The notes under the pieces are model-generated. The model was not told where the DNA came from and made no database searches. It was given only the letters and a program-made list of their open reading frames with translations. DNA of 64,000 nucleotides, from assembly GCA_039796955.1 (NCBI GenBank), contig JBDKIW010000227.1, positions 5,405-69,404 of the forward strand. Reading direction: 5' to 3'. This DNA comes from Planctomycetota bacterium (GTDB lineage: Bacteria > Planctomycetota > Planctomycetia > Planctomycetales > Planctomycetaceae). This document shows positions 8,972 to 21,100 of the stretch, one piece after another; the first letter of the stretch is position 1; each line of letters opens with the position of its first letter. Both the position numbers and the translations under genes were made by a program.

Positions 8972-10171
8972 ATGGCAAAAAAGGAAGATTTTCAGCGAAC
9001 GAAGCCACACGTGAACGTGGGAACCATTGGTCACATTGACCACGGCAAGACCACCACCACAGCGGCGATCCTGGCGGTGCAGGCTGCAAAGGGCATGGCT
9101 TCTGTGAAGTCTTACTCTGATATCGCCAAGGGTGGTACGGTGCGAGACGCCACCAAGACTGTGACGATTGCTGCGTCGCACGTCGAGTATGAAACTCCGA
9201 ATCGGCACTACGCCCATATTGACTGTCCGGGTCACGCTGACTACATCAAGAACATGATTACCGGTGCCGCTCAGATGGACGGCGCGATTCTTGTGGTGTC
9301 TGCTGCTGACGGCCCGATGCCTCAGACTCGCGAGCACATTCTTCTGGCTCGTCAGGTGGACGTGCCGGCGCTGGTTGTGTTCCTCAACAAGTGTGACCTT
9401 GTTGACGACTCTGAGTTGCTTGATCTGGTTGAGATGGAAGTTCGTGAGTTGCTGTCGAAGTACGGCTTCCCGGGCGACGACATCCCGCTGGTTCGTGGCA
9501 ATGCCCGCGGCGCGCTGGATAACCCGGCGGATGAGAAGTACAGCCAGTGCATCACCAATCTGATGGAAGCACTTGATTCGTACATTCCAGAGCCAGAGCG
9601 TGCGGCGGACAAGCCGTTCATGATGGCCGTCGAAGACGTGTTTTCTATCGAAGGTCGCGGTACTGTGGCCACCGGTCGTATTGAGGCTGGTGTTGTGAAG
9701 GTCGGCGAAAAGATTCAGATCATTGGTCTGAAAGACACTGTCGAAACGACCGTCACGGGCGTCGAAATGTTCCAGAAGACTCTGGATCAGGGTATTGCCG
9801 GCGATAACGTTGGGTTGCTGCTCCGTGGTCTGAAGAAAGAAGACATTCAGCGCGGTCAGGTTCTGGCATTCCCGAACAGTATCAAGCCGCACATGCAGTT
9901 CGAAGCCGAAGTATACGTTCTGAGCAAGGAAGAAGGCGGTCGACACACTCCGTTCTTCTCTGGATACCGTCCTCAGTTCTACTTCCGCACTACGGACGTA
10001 ACCGGGACCACCAAGCTGTTGGGTGGTGCTGACATGTGTATGCCCGGTGACAACGTGCGTGTCGAAGTTGAGCTTGGCAAGCCGATCGCACTGGAAGATG
10101 GTAGCCGATTCGCTATTCGCGAAGGTGGTAAGACCGTTGGTTCAGGCGTTGTGACCAAGATTTTGAAATAA
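8972..10171 (+). CDS. tuf: Elongation factor Tu
   Basis: [17 protein letters not shown] and NKCD GTPase motifs. The full-length 399-aa protein looks like EF-Tu throughout. Confidence 0.98.
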   Translation: MAKKEDFQRTKPHVNVGTIGHIDHGKTTTTAAILAVQAAKGMASVKSYSDIAKGGTVRDATKTVTIAASHVEYETPNRHYAHIDCPGHADYIKNMITGAAQMDGAILVVSAADGPMPQTREHILLARQVDVPALVVFLNKCDLVDDSELLDLVEMEVRELLSKYGFPGDDIPLVRGNARGALDNPADEKYSQCITNLMEALDSYIPEPERAADKPFMMAVEDVFSIEGRGTVATGRIEAGVVKVGEKIQIIGLKDTVETTVTGVEMFQKTLDQGIAGDNVGLLLRGLKKEDIQRGQVLAFPNSIKPHMQFEAEVYVLSKEEGGRHTPFFSGYRPQFYFRTTDVTGTTKLLGGADMCMPGDNVRVEVELGKPIALEDGSRFAIREGGKTVGSGVVTKILK

Positions 10172-10191
10172 TCTTAGTCAGTACGATGCAC

Positions 10192-10230
10192 GCTGCCTGT
10201 CGGAGACCCGGCAGGCAGCTTTGTTTTGTT
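10192..10230 (+). terminator. Intrinsic terminator/attenuator hairpin between tuf and rpmG
   Basis: A 12-bp stem (gctgcctgtcgg / ccggcaggcagc, one G-U pair) with loop agac, followed by tttgttttgtt. Confidence 0.6.
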
Positions 10231-10246
10231 GATATGGGGTACAGAG

Positions 10247-10399
10247 ATGCGGGAATATGTCTGGCTCGAGTGTACCGAGACGGGGACTCGTAACTACCGT
10301 GTGATCAAAGAGACGCGTGGTACTGAGCGTCTGGAGTTGATGAAGTATTGTCCGAAGCTTCGTCGGCACACTCTGCACAAAGAGTCCCGAAAGAAATAG
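10247..10399 (+). CDS. rpmG: 50S ribosomal protein L33
   Basis: 50-codon ORF below the ORF-track cutoff: MREYVWLECTETGTRNYRVIKETRGTERLELMKYCPKLRRHTLHKESRKK. The pattern is L33-like and the position after tuf is canonical. Confidence 0.85.
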   Translation: MREYVWLECTETGTRNYRVIKETRGTERLELMKYCPKLRRHTLHKESRKK

Positions 10400-10426
10400 G
10401 TGTCGGTGTTCCGGCAATGTGTTCAC

Positions 10427-10499
10427 ACGGGTGTAGCTCAATTGGCAGAGCACCGGATTCCAAATCCGGCGGTTGGGGGTTCGACTCCCTCCACCCGTG
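10427..10499 (+). tRNA. tRNA-Trp (anticodon CCA)
   Basis: The acceptor is acgggtg/cacccgt (A1-U72 and discriminator G, as in E. coli tRNA-Trp). The anticodon stem-loop is ccgga-ttCCAaa-tccgg. Confidence 0.9.
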
Positions 10500-10544
10500 C
10501 GTTTCATGGTCTCCGAGTGGTCACTTTTAGCGTTTGAGTGTCAC

Positions 10545-10976
10545 ATGTCCAACAAGACTGTGGGTGGTGCGATCCTGCCAGAACTCTTTCGGTTGAGCCT
10601 CTACAAGGCGAACCAGGGAAGGATGGTGCGTCAGGTGACGTTCTTTGGGGTTGCCATACTCGCAGCCTTTGGGTGCATTACCTTGTCAAATGGTCCCTTG
10701 ATGGGCAACGGGCGGGCACTACAGGTGGGTTTGCCTTTGGTACTGTGGCTGACGGCCGCTTGGGTTGCCTTTCGCGCCGTCAATTTTGCCGCTTTTGCAG
10801 ACTTCCTGATTTCAGTGGAATCTGAGTTGGCTCGAGTGACGTGGCCGGCGCGAACGGAAGTGGTGCAGGCGACAGTGGTTGTGATCAGTACGATGGTGTT
10901 TTTGGGGGCGTTCCTGTACTTCATCGATGTGGTCTGGATGGTGCTGTTTAAGTTGATCCGGTTTAAGGATTTCTAG
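10545..10976 (+). CDS. secE: Preprotein translocase subunit SecE
   Basis: The C-terminal region VESELARVTWPARTEVVQATVVVISTMVFLGAFLYFID is SecE-like. The position between tRNA-Trp and nusG is canonical. ATG 10545 was chosen because the longer ORF overlaps the tRNA. Confidence 0.8.
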   Translation: MSNKTVGGAILPELFRLSLYKANQGRMVRQVTFFGVAILAAFGCITLSNGPLMGNGRALQVGLPLVLWLTAAWVAFRAVNFAAFADFLISVESELARVTWPARTEVVQATVVVISTMVFLGAFLYFIDVVWMVLFKLIRFKDF

Positions 10977-11065
10977 CGGCAAAGAGTTTCTGCGTTGATG
11001 TAGTGAGGTAGCCCCTGTCTGAGAACCCTGTACCTGCCACGCTGTGGTCGGGGAGAACGGTGGTA

Positions 11066-11632
11066 ATGGCTAAAGAGAACACAAAACCGCAAGGGTCTTC
11101 AGAGATGAGTTGGTATGTACTCAAAGTACAGACCAACCGCGAGAGGACTATTCGGGACGCGTTGCTGAAGCGTATCCGTCTTGAGGGTCTCGAAGAGTAC
11201 TTTGGCGAGATTGTTATCCCTTCGGAAAAGGTGGTGGACACTCGGAGCGGATCACATCGGGAGCAGGACAGAAAGCTGTTTCCAGGTTATATCATGATCC
11301 AGATGAACCTGAACGACGAGAGTTGGTACCTCGTTCGGGACACGGGCGGCGTTGGGGACTTCGCCGGAGCTGCTGGCAAGCCTCTCCCGATGGAGCAGTT
11401 TGAAGTTGACAGGATGCTCGGTAGGGCTGAGCAGCAGTCCACGGCGGCGCCTAAAGTGAAGATTCAGGTCGCCCCCGGCGACATTGTTAAGATACGGGAA
11501 GGTACCTTCGAGAACTTCGAGGGGACAGTTGAAGGGATTGACGAGCACAGCGGCAAGGTCTCGGTGCTGATCGAGATCTTTGGTCGGTCGACACCGGTAG
11601 AGTTGGATCACTGGCAGGTTGAATCGGTTTAG
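11066..11632 (+). CDS. nusG: Transcription termination/antitermination factor NusG
   Basis: NGN start [11 protein letters not shown] and C-terminal KOW motif [18 protein letters not shown]. An alternative GTG start is at 11060. Confidence 0.92.
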   Translation: MAKENTKPQGSSEMSWYVLKVQTNRERTIRDALLKRIRLEGLEEYFGEIVIPSEKVVDTRSGSHREQDRKLFPGYIMIQMNLNDESWYLVRDTGGVGDFAGAAGKPLPMEQFEVDRMLGRAEQQSTAAPKVKIQVAPGDIVKIREGTFENFEGTVEGIDEHSGKVSVLIEIFGRSTPVELDHWQVESV

Positions 11633-11664
11633 AACTTTGGTTCAAATCACGGGAATAATCGGAA

Positions 11665-12096
11665 ATGGGTAAGCAGCGTCAGGTCACAGCACAGATTAAG
11701 GTACAGGTCACTGGTGGACAAGCGACGCCGGCTCCGCCGGTTGGGACCGCGCTGGGCCCTCACGGTGTGAACATTGGTCAGTTTGTGTCCCAGTTTAATG
11801 AGAAAACTCGGGACATGATGGGAGTCACCATCCCGGTTGTGATCACTGTCTACAACGACCGAACGTTTGAGTTCATCCTGAAAAGCCCGCCGGCAGCGGT
11901 GTTGTTGAAGAAGGCAGCCGGAATCGCTAAGGGCTCGGGCAACCCGCTGAAGAACAAGGTGGGGACGGTGACTACTGGGCAGCTGGAGACAATCGCCAAG
12001 CAGAAGTACGAGGATCTGAACGCGTCGTCACTTGAGCAGGCGCGGAAGATGATTGCGGGGACTGCCCGCAGCATGGGTATCGAGGTTGTTGACTAG
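11665..12096 (+). CDS. rplK: 50S ribosomal protein L11
   Basis: The motif [18 protein letters not shown] and the gene order. Confidence 0.95.
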   Translation: MGKQRQVTAQIKVQVTGGQATPAPPVGTALGPHGVNIGQFVSQFNEKTRDMMGVTIPVVITVYNDRTFEFILKSPPAAVLLKKAAGIAKGSGNPLKNKVGTVTTGQLETIAKQKYEDLNASSLEQARKMIAGTARSMGIEVVD

Positions 12097-12144
12097 TCCC
12101 AATAGGGGTTTCGCGCAGAAGCTGTTTTTTTGGTTAGGTGTGAT

Positions 12145-12849
12145 ATGGCTGGTCAGTCAAAGCGAATGAAGAACCTGTCGAAAAAGGCGGGCGAACTTGG
12201 CGTGCTCTCAGTTGCGGACGCGGTGAAGGCCCTGAAGGGCCTGGAAGATGCGTTGCCGAAGAGCATCAAGCGAGCGCGTTTCGATCAGACCGTTGAGATC
12301 GCCGTGAGGCTTGGAGTGGATCCCCGGCAGGCGGACCAGATTGTCCGCGGATCGATCGTCCTTCCTCATGGGATTGGTAAAGCACAGCGGGTTGTGGTAT
12401 TTGCCCAGGGCGAAAAGGTGGCGCTGGCCCAGGCGGCTGGTGCCGATGTTGTTGGTGCGAAAGAACTGGCAGATCGAATTAAGGACGGTTGGCTCGACTT
12501 TGACGTCTGTATTGCCACCCCGGATATGATGGGGATCGTGGGGCCGCTGGGTCGAGTGCTTGGTCCGCGCGGTCTGATGCCCAGCCCGCGTGCTGGCACG
12601 GTGACTCAGGATGTGGCGAATGCGGTTCGTGAGTACAAGGCGGGCAAGGTTGAGTTCCGCGTGGACAATGGGGCGAATGTTCACTGCGTCGTCGGGAAGA
12701 TGTCCTTCGATGCGGCTCGGTTGACTGAGAACATTGACGCCTTACTTGCGTTTATCAGAAGCCTGAAGCCGAACGCCTCGAAGGGCGTGTACCTGCGAGG
12801 GATGGTGGTGTCTGCGACCATGATGCCTTCTATCTCGGTTGCTGTGTAG
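12145..12849 (+). CDS. rplA: 50S ribosomal protein L1
   Basis: [31 protein letters not shown] and GPRGLMPSP motifs. The ATG at 12145 lies within ORF 12130..12849. Confidence 0.95.
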   Translation: MAGQSKRMKNLSKKAGELGVLSVADAVKALKGLEDALPKSIKRARFDQTVEIAVRLGVDPRQADQIVRGSIVLPHGIGKAQRVVVFAQGEKVALAQAAGADVVGAKELADRIKDGWLDFDVCIATPDMMGIVGPLGRVLGPRGLMPSPRAGTVTQDVANAVREYKAGKVEFRVDNGANVHCVVGKMSFDAARLTENIDALLAFIRSLKPNASKGVYLRGMVVSATMMPSISVAV

Positions 12850-12899
12850 CGGTTCCCGGTGTTTTGTCTGTCCGGTTTAGTTTTGGCGGATAAGTTGCG

Positions 12900-13421
12900 A
12901 TGGCACGGCTCGTTAAAGACATGGTGATTTCGGATATTCAGGCCCGAATCGGGGACGCCAGGGACTTCATCGTCGTTGATGTATCACGGTTGGATGCGAT
13001 CTCTGCGAACCGCTGGCGTCTGGCGCTGCGTAAGGACCGGATTCACGCATTGACGGTAAAGAACTCGATCGCCCTCAACGCATTGAAGCGCAAAGGGGTC
13101 AAGGGGCTCGATGGTGTGCTCACTGGTCCGTCGACGCTGTTGTGGGGAAGTGACGACATTGTCTCGCTGTCCCGAGCGATCACGAAGTGGGCCAAGGATC
13201 TTCAGAAACTTGAAATCAAAGGGGCTGCGGTTGAAGGGCAAAGCCTGAATGCTGCTGGCGTGGAGACACTGAGCAAGAGCGCGGGTCGTCTCGAGACGAT
13301 TAGTGAGCTTGCTGGTCTGATGCTCGCACCAGGGCGTCAGTTGGCTGGTTGTCTGCAGGGTCCAGGGGGTCAGCTTGCTGGCCAGTTGAAGACGCTGTCC
13401 GAAAAAGAGGCAACGGCATAG
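12900..13421 (+). CDS. rplJ: 50S ribosomal protein L10
   Basis: Position between rplA and rplL. The N-terminal pattern is L10-like. Confidence 0.9.
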   Translation: MARLVKDMVISDIQARIGDARDFIVVDVSRLDAISANRWRLALRKDRIHALTVKNSIALNALKRKGVKGLDGVLTGPSTLLWGSDDIVSLSRAITKWAKDLQKLEIKGAAVEGQSLNAAGVETLSKSAGRLETISELAGLMLAPGRQLAGCLQGPGGQLAGQLKTLSEKEATA

Positions 13422-13507
13422 TTCTGGCGGGTAGCCGTCAGTTGAGTTTTTTGCTAACGAGAAGCTGTTACTCGAAGCGTAGTTAAAGTCAAGAGAAAGG
13501 TCTGGTC

Positions 13508-13915
13508 ATGTCTGCGGAAGCAGCCTCTGAGTTTGATGCAACAACGAAGGAATTGGGCGACAGGATTGTCGGTTTGACTCTTCTGGAAGCTAAGAAGGTT
13601 GTCGATTACCTGAAGCAGGTACACGGCATTGAGCCTGCTGGTGGTGGCGCCGTGATGATGGCCGCAGCACCAGCAGCCGCAGCGGAAGTGAAGGAAGAGC
13701 AGACTGAGTTCAGCGTGATCCTGACCGGCTTTGAGGACGCAAAGAAGATTGCGGTCATCAAGGTTGTGCGAGCAGCGACCGGACTGGGCCTGAAGGAAGC
13801 TAAGGACCTTGTCGAAGGTGCGCCGAAGCCGCTGAAGGAAGGTCTCAGCAAGGAAGATGCTGAGAAGCTGAAGAAGGAAGTTGTTGACGCTGGCGGCGCA
13901 TGTGACATTAAGTAG
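13508..13915 (+). CDS. rplL: 50S ribosomal protein L7/L12
   Basis: An Ala-rich hinge is followed by [33 protein letters not shown]. Confidence 0.95.
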   Translation: MSAEAASEFDATTKELGDRIVGLTLLEAKKVVDYLKQVHGIEPAGGGAVMMAAAPAAAAEVKEEQTEFSVILTGFEDAKKIAVIKVVRAATGLGLKEAKDLVEGAPKPLKEGLSKEDAEKLKKEVVDAGGACDIK

Positions 13916-13952
13916 TGCCGGCTCGCGTAGCAGAGCTTTTCGTTTGCGATTA

Positions 13953-13981
13953 CCGGGGCTCGGGCGACACTCGAGCTCCGG
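13953..13981 (+). promoter_or_regulatory. Stable hairpin in the 374-nt rplL-rpoB spacer (candidate attenuator or processing site)
   Basis: A 10-bp stem ccggggctcg / cgagctccgg (one G-U pair) with a 9-nt loop. No clear U-tract follows. Confidence 0.3.
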
Positions 13982-14289
13982 TGGTGGCAGATCGTTCTGT
14001 GATTTCGATCACAACAGGTTAAGGGCTCTTCAGTCAGTGTTTGTCGACCGAGCATCGGTAACAACAGAGTAAGACACGGTGTGGGCAACTGTCGGGTTTC
14101 GGCAGGTGCCTTTCGTCGTGCGCACCCCGGTATTGTTCAGAGTGGGTGGGGTGTGGGTGCTGTTTGCTCGGCTCAGACAGGGTGGTCATCGTCGGGCTGT
14201 TGTCGACGGTTTGATATTGCCGGCGGTTAGCGTTGCGGTTGCCGTCAGTCGTAAGTTTTTGTGAAATCGAAATAAAGGCAGGGGATCTC

Positions 14290-17200
14290 ATGCCGGTTCC
14301 GTCAGTTCGTACCATCGACCAGGATACGGTTCGCAGCTTTGGCAAAATTCAGGCGGATTTTGAGATTTCGGGTCTGACGCAGATTCAGACAGCTTCATAT
14401 TCGCGGTTCCTGCAGTCAGATCGCACCTCGCGTGATCGTCTGGATGTTGGGTTGGAAGCGATCCTGCGCGAGGTGTTCCCGATCGAGAGCTTCGATGGGC
14501 AGTTTCGTCTGGAGTATGTCCGTTATGAGTTGGGAAAACCTCGGTACACGCCCGAAGAGTGTCGGCAACTGAGACTGACGTACGGAATGCCGTTCCGGGT
14601 TTGGTTGAGGCTGGTCAAGGAACAGCCAGTTGAAGAAGAGGTGTATCTGGGTGACATTCCGATTATGGTCGGTGGCGGAGAGTTCATCGTCAACGGTGCG
14701 GAGCGGGTGGTTGTCAGCCAGTTGCATCGCTCACCGGGTGTTGACTTCGTGATGGCTGAGGAAAGCGCCAGCAGCGATCGCAAGACGCATTCATGCAGAA
14801 TCATTCCAGAGCGAGGCAGTTGGATTGAGCTGCTGGTGAGCAAGCGTGATGCAATTGGCGTGCGTATCGATCAGAGCGGGAAATTCTCTGCGTTAACGCT
14901 GTTGCGAGCAATGTCTCGCGAGCACTCGACAGACGCCGAGATCATCCGTTTGTTCTACCAGACAACGGTCGTGAAGCTGGGTGGCAAGGCGACCGCAGCG
15001 GATCTGGAAGGCTGCTACTCGGTCGATGACGTTGTATTCCCGGAGAAGCACGACCGGGCTGGCGAGATCGTCGTGGATGCCGGCAGCGAGATTACCGAGG
15101 CAATTGCGGAGGAGTTGATTGGCGCTGGGTTGAAGGCGATAGAGGTTATTGCAGCCGCGGATGTCCGGGATCCACTGATTCTGAAGACCCTCGCTGAGGA
15201 CGGCACGTCAACGCATGAAGAGGCGTTGCTGAAGATCTACCAGCGATTGCGACCGGGTAACCCACCGAATCTCGATAAGGCGACGGACCTGTTTCGTGAG
15301 AAGTTCTTTGATGTCAACCGGTATCGACTTGGCCGTGTCGGGCGGTTCCGGATTAACCGGAAGTTTCAGCAGACTGTCTCTGATGATGAGATGACGCTGA
15401 ACCCGGTGGACTACATCAATTCGATGAAATACATTGTGCGGCTTCGCGGTGGGGACGATTCTGCGCAGATTGACGACATCGACAATCTTGGAAACCGCCG
15501 GCTGCGAACGATTGATGAGCTGGCGGCTGATGAGATCCGTAAAGGGTTTCTGAAGCTTCGCCGCACGGTGCAGGAGCGGATGAGCGTTAAAGAAGTGGAG
15601 AATATGACTCCGCGGACGCTGATCAATCCAAAGAGCGTTTCTGCTGCGATTGATTATTTCTATGGACGTAGCGAACTGTCGCAGGTCGTTGACCAGACAA
15701 ATCCGTTGTCAATGCTGACGCACGAGCGTCGCTTGAGTGCGCTGGGTCCCGGCGGTTTGAACCGGAAGCGCGCTGGGTTTGAGGTTCGTGACGTGCACAT
15801 TTCCCACTATGGACGTATTTGTCCGGTGGAGACGCCGGAAGGAACGAACATCGGGCTGATTTCAAGCCTGAGTATTTTCTCGCGTGTTGATGACTACGGT
15901 TTTCTGATTTCGCCCTACCGGGTCGTCAGGGACTCGCGTGTGACCGACGAGGTGGTTTGGTTGCGTGCTGACGAGGAGGCGTCGGGTTTCGTTTGTCCGG
16001 CTGACACGCTTGTTGTGGATGGGCAGATTGCTGAAGATCGCGTCCTTGCCCGGAACAAGAGCGATGTGGTGTGGATTGACAAATCTGAGGTGCAGTATAT
16101 CGACGTTGCTCCGTGCCAGATGGTCGGGGTATCGGCCGGGTTAATTCCCTTCCTTGAGCATGACGACGCCAACCGAGCGTTGATGGGTTCGAACATGCAA
16201 CGGCAGGCGGTGCCGTTGTTGATTGCCGAGCGACCTGTTGTGGGGACCGGCATGGAACCGTTCGTCGCACAGAACTCCGGTATGGTTCTGCGTGCTGAGA
16301 AATCAGCGAAGGTAACCTACGTGGATGCGACGGTCATCGAGTTGGATGGCCGGAGGTATCCGTTGCGTAAGTTTGTGCGACTGAATGAGCGGACCTGCCT
16401 CAACCAGAAGCCGATCGTGCGTGTTGGCGATCGGGTAAAGCCCGGTCAGGTGCTGTGTGATAGCGCGGCGACTCGGAATGGTTCGCTGGCGCTTGGGCGC
16501 AACGTGCTGGTGGCGTTTATGTCGTGGGAGGGTTACAACTTCGAGGACGCCATCATTCTCAGCGAGCGTCTGGTGAAAGAGGACGTTTACACCTCGATTC
16601 ACCTCGACGAGTTTGACGTTGAGATCCGAGAGACGAAGTTGGGTCGTGAGGAGTTCACACGCGACATTCCAAATGTCAGCGAGAAGGCACTGCGTCATCT
16701 GGACGAGTCCGGGATCGTGAAGGTCGGTACGAGAGTGAACCCCGGGGACATCCTTGTGGGCAAAGTGTCTCCGAAAGCCAAGTCAGAGTTGACGCCCGAA
16801 GAGAAGTTGTTGCATGCGATCTTTGGTCGCGCTGGCGAGGACGTGAAGAACGAGAGCCTTGAAGTGCCCAGTGGCGTGAGCGGCATCGTGATTCATACCG
16901 AGAGATTCTCCCGACGGATGAGCTTGTCGGAGATCGAGAGGAAGAAGTTTGAGGACGAGTTGAAGCGGGTGGAGAAGGAGGCAGAGACGGCTATTGCTGC
17001 CGCCTTCAACACCTTCCTTGTGGAGTTGGAAGCGGTACTTGAGCAGCCCGTTGCGGACGACGACGGTCGGGCTCTTGCGAAGTCGGATGACGTGAAGGCG
17101 GTGGCCGACTACGCGAGGCGATTCCCGATTCACTTTGAGGAGATGGACATCCGGAGTCCTCAGAAGAAGGCCGCCGCTCGAAAGGTGATGCGAGACAGTT

Positions 17201-18018
17201 GGGGGCTTGTTGAAGACGTGATTGATCGTGAGGATCACAGATCGAACAGTATGAAGCGGGGCGATGAATTGCCCAGTGGCGTGCTGCAGATGGTTAAGGT
17301 CTACGTCGCCTCCAAACGGCAGATTTCCGTCGGTGACAAGATGGCTGGTCGTCACGGGAACAAAGGGGTGATCTCAAAAGTACTGCCGATTGAGGACATG
17401 CCTTTTCTCGCGGATGGGACACCAGTCGACATTATTCTCAATCCACTGGGGGTACCAAGCCGCATGAACGTCGGCCAGATTCTGGAGACGCACCTTGGAT
17501 GGGCTGCTGGAAAGCTTGGCTACCGAGCGGTGTGTCCGGTGTTTGATGGTGCGACAGAAGAAGATGTGCGTGTGGCGTTGCGTGAGGCGGGGCTTCCTGA
17601 AGACGGCAAGGCGCACCTGCATGATGGTCGCACGGGAGAGCGGCTGGAGCAGGAGACGACTGTTGGTTACATCTACATGCTGAAGCTGCACCACCTCGTG
17701 GATGACAAGGTGCACGCTCGAGCGACCGGACCTTACTCGCTCATTACTCAGCAACCGTTGGGCGGGAAGGCGCGGTTTGGCGGTCAGCGATTCGGGGAAA
17801 TGGAAGTCTGGGCCCTTGAGGCGTATGGTGCGGCTTACATCCTGCAGGAGTTGCTGACGGTCAAGAGCGACGATGTGGAAGGGCGAACGAAGATTTACGA
17901 GAGCATGGTCAAGGGTGAGAACACCCTTGAGGCGGGGACTCCGGCCAGCTTTGATGTACTGAACAACGAGATCCGTGGGTTGTGTCTCAACCTGCAGTTG
18001 GAAAAAGCTGTCAACTGA
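14290..18018 (+). CDS. rpoB: DNA-directed RNA polymerase subunit beta
   Basis: Rif-region and catalytic motifs ([36 protein letters not shown]). ATG 14290 follows the aggcagggga RBS-like tract. Confidence 0.98.
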   Translation: MPVPSVRTIDQDTVRSFGKIQADFEISGLTQIQTASYSRFLQSDRTSRDRLDVGLEAILREVFPIESFDGQFRLEYVRYELGKPRYTPEECRQLRLTYGMPFRVWLRLVKEQPVEEEVYLGDIPIMVGGGEFIVNGAERVVVSQLHRSPGVDFVMAEESASSDRKTHSCRIIPERGSWIELLVSKRDAIGVRIDQSGKFSALTLLRAMSREHSTDAEIIRLFYQTTVVKLGGKATAADLEGCYSVDDVVFPEKHDRAGEIVVDAGSEITEAIAEELIGAGLKAIEVIAAADVRDPLILKTLAEDGTSTHEEALLKIYQRLRPGNPPNLDKATDLFREKFFDVNRYRLGRVGRFRINRKFQQTVSDDEMTLNPVDYINSMKYIVRLRGGDDSAQIDDIDNLGNRRLRTIDELAADEIRKGFLKLRRTVQERMSVKEVENMTPRTLINPKSVSAAIDYFYGRSELSQVVDQTNPLSMLTHERRLSALGPGGLNRKRAGFEVRDVHISHYGRICPVETPEGTNIGLISSLSIFSRVDDYGFLISPYRVVRDSRVTDEVVWLRADEEASGFVCPADTLVVDGQIAEDRVLARNKSDVVWIDKSEVQYIDVAPCQMVGVSAGLIPFLEHDDANRALMGSNMQRQAVPLLIAERPVVGTGMEPFVAQNSGMVLRAEKSAKVTYVDATVIELDGRRYPLRKFVRLNERTCLNQKPIVRVGDRVKPGQVLCDSAATRNGSLALGRNVLVAFMSWEGYNFEDAIILSERLVKEDVYTSIHLDEFDVEIRETKLGREEFTRDIPNVSEKALRHLDESGIVKVGTRVNPGDILVGKVSPKAKSELTPEEKLLHAIFGRAGEDVKNESLEVPSGVSGIVIHTERFSRRMSLSEIERKKFEDELKRVEKEAETAIAAAFNTFLVELEAVLEQPVADDDGRALAKSDDVKAVADYARRFPIHFEEMDIRSPQKKAAARKVMRDSWGLVEDVIDREDHRSNSMKRGDELPSGVLQMVKVYVASKRQISVGDKMAGRHGNKGVISKVLPIEDMPFLADGTPVDIILNPLGVPSRMNVGQILETHLGWAAGKLGYRAVCPVFDGATEEDVRVALREAGLPEDGKAHLHDGRTGERLEQETTVGYIYMLKLHHLVDDKVHARATGPYSLITQQPLGGKARFGGQRFGEMEVWALEAYGAAYILQELLTVKSDDVEGRTKIYESMVKGENTLEAGTPASFDVLNNEIRGLCLNLQLEKAVN

Positions 18019-18134
18019 CGGGGTCAGTTGCGGCGTGTGAGATGGTTGAGCGGGTGCTGAGACGTTGGGCTGTTGGATTCGGGACAGCGCGTCAATTGAG
18101 ATCAATAGACCTCGGGTATTGAGGAGAGTCACGC

Positions 18135-21100
18135 GTGAGCGTCAGTGAAGGCACATTCGATCGAGTAAACGACTACGCAGCGGTAAAAATCAGCCTCGCG
18201 AGTCCTCATGACATTCGCAGTTGGTCATTCGGTGAAGTTAAGAAGCCGGAGACGATTAACTACCGTACGTATCGTCCTGAGCGGGATGGATTGTTTTGCG
18301 AGCGTATTTTTGGCCCTGAGAAGGACTGGGAATGTGCGTGCGGCAAATACCGCGGGATGAAGTACAAAGGAATGATCTGTGACCGCTGTGGTGTCAAGGT
18401 GACACATAGCCGCGTTCGTCGAAAGCGGATGGGGCACATTGAGCTGGCTGCGCCAGTTGTGCACATTTGGTTCTTCAAGTCGATGCCCAGCAGGCTGGGT
18501 GCGTTGCTCAACATGAAGACCACCTCCCTCGAGAAGGTGATTTACTTCCAGGATTATGTCGTCATTGACCCGGGCGAGACTCCGCTGAAGCAATGCCAGA
18601 TGCTGACGGAGGAGGAGGCACGTCAGGCGCGTCGTGACTATGGTGACGGAAACTTCGAAATTGGTATGGGTGCCGAGGCGATCAAGAAGCTTCTGGCCTC
18701 GATGCGTTTGGTGGAGTTGTCTGGTGAGTTGCGTGGCGAGCTCGGGAAGGCCAGTCAGTCCAGGAGCAAGGACCTGATCAAGCGGCTCAAGATCGTGGAA
18801 GCTCTGCGCGACAGCGCGAATCGTCCGGAGTGGATGGTGTTGGATGTGATCCCGGTAATTCCTCCGGATCTTCGTCCACTGGTGCTTTTGGACTCCGGAA
18901 ACTTTGCAACAAGCGACCTGAACGACCTCTATCGACGGATTATCAATCGGAATAACCGTCTGAAGAAACTGGTAGACCTGAACGCGCCGGAAGTGATTGT
19001 TCGCAACGAAAAGCGAATGCTTCAGCAGTCTGTGGATGCGTTGTTTGACAACAATCGCTGCAAGCGTCCTGTTCTGGGTTCATCTAACCGCCCCCTGAAG
19101 TCCCTGACGGACATGATCAAAGGGAAGCAGGGGCGGTTTCGTGAGAATCTGCTCGGCAAGCGAGTCGACTATTCTGCACGAAGCGTGATTGTGGTTGGTC
19201 CGGACCTGAAGCTGCACCAGTGTGGTCTGCCCAAGAAGATTGCGCTCGAGTTGTTCCAGCCGTTCGTTATTCGACGGTTGAAGGACCTGGGGCATGCAGA
19301 CACGATCAAGAGTGCGAAGCGAATGCTGGAGCGTCGGGATGAGGACGTGTGGGACATCCTTGACGAGGTGATTCGCAATCATCCGGTGCTGCTGAATCGT
19401 GCACCGACGTTGCATCGAATCGGCATTCAGGCGTTTGAGCCTGTATTGGTGGAAGGTAATGCCATCCGTCTGCATCCGCTGGTGTGTAAAGGGTTCAATG
19501 CGGACTTTGACGGTGACCAGATGGCTGTGCATCTTCCGTTGTCGATGGAGGCCCAGGTTGAGGCCACGACTCTGATGATGTCTACTCATAACATTTTCAG
19601 CCCGGCCAACGGCGCCCCGATTATCAGCGCCTCGCAGGACATCGTGATGGGTTGCTTCTACCAGACGGTGAAGAAGCCTGACCGTCCGGGTCACGGGATG
19701 ATTTTTGCGTCTGTTGAAGAGGTCTTCATGGCCTTCCAGCAGGGGAAAGTCAACCGCCACGCAACCATTCGGTTGCGGCTTCCGCGCGGCAAGCGCGTGA
19801 AGGGTGAGGATGCTGAGAAGTTTCGATCTGGTGGGCTTGTTGAGACATCACCCGGTCGAGTGTTTTTCAACGACGTTCTTCCTAAGAAGATGGCGTTTTA
19901 CAACCAGACACTTGGCAGCAAAGATCTGGCCCGCGTAATTTCTGACTGTTACCTCGAATTGGGCCGTAGAGAGACCATTGAGCTGCTTGATCGCATGAAG
20001 AGCCTTGGTTTCCGGACTTCGACGGAGAGTGGTCTGTCGTTCGGTGTCAGCGACTTGTGCACAGCACCAAACAAGGATAAGGAAATCGCGGAATCGGAAA
20101 AGGCGGTTCTGCGACTGATGAAGTTGTTTGAACGTGGGGTGATTACGAACCTTGAGCGTTACAACAAAGTTCTGGAAACGTGGACTCATGCTCGTGAGTC
20201 GATTACCAAATCGATGATGGAGCGGCTGAAAGACGACGTTCGGCATGGTGGGGCTTATGTCAACCCGATTTATCTGATGGCGCAGTCTGGTGCCCGAGGG
20301 GGCGTGGGACAGATCCAGCAGTTGGCCGGGATGCGCGGGCTGATGGCCAAGCCGAGCGGCGAGATTATCGAAACGCCGATCAAATCCAACTTCCGTGAAG
20401 GATTGTCGGTACTGGAGTACTTCAGTTCGACGCACGGCGCTCGAAAGGGTTTGGCCGACACTGCGTTGAAAACGGCGGACAGCGGTTATTTGACGCGTAA
20501 GCTGGCTGATATTTGCCAGAACATGGTTGTGACGTGCAATGACTGCGGCACAACGAAAGGGATTACTCGCGGCGTGGTCTACCGTGGCGAGAAGGTGGAA
20601 GTCAGTCTTGCGGATGCGATCCGCGGTCGTGTCAGTCGCACGAACATCGTCAACCTGATCACGGAAGAGGCAATCGTCCGTGAAGGTGAGATGATCACTG
20701 TGGAGCGGGCGCGTAAGATCGAAGAGATGGGTCTGGAACGCATTCAGGTGCGTAGTCCTATGACCTGCGAGGCGCCTCTTGGCTTGTGCCAGCTGTGCTA
20801 TGGCATGGATCTTTCCACTGGCGACCTGGTTGAGTTGGGCCTGGCGGTTGGCATCATTGCGGCTCAGAGTATCGGGGAACCTGGAACGCAGTTGACCATG
20901 CGAACCTTCCACATGGGTGGTGTCGGAACGACCGCTGTGGAAGAGAGCGAACTGATTGCGAAGCGTGGTGGTCAGGTTCGATTCACACGAATTCGCAGTG
21001 TAATTAACGCGGAAGGCCGACAGGTTGTTCTTGGTCGGAATGGTGAGATCGCAATTGTGGACGATCGCGGTCGGGAGGTTGAAACACAGCGACTTCCTAA

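Noticed and set aside
8969-9946. 325-aa ORF antisense to tuf
   Set aside because: It lies entirely inside and opposite a gene that is unmistakably EF-Tu. Its composition is Arg/His/Leu/Val-rich, as expected for the mirror frame of a codon-biased gene. No motif recognised.
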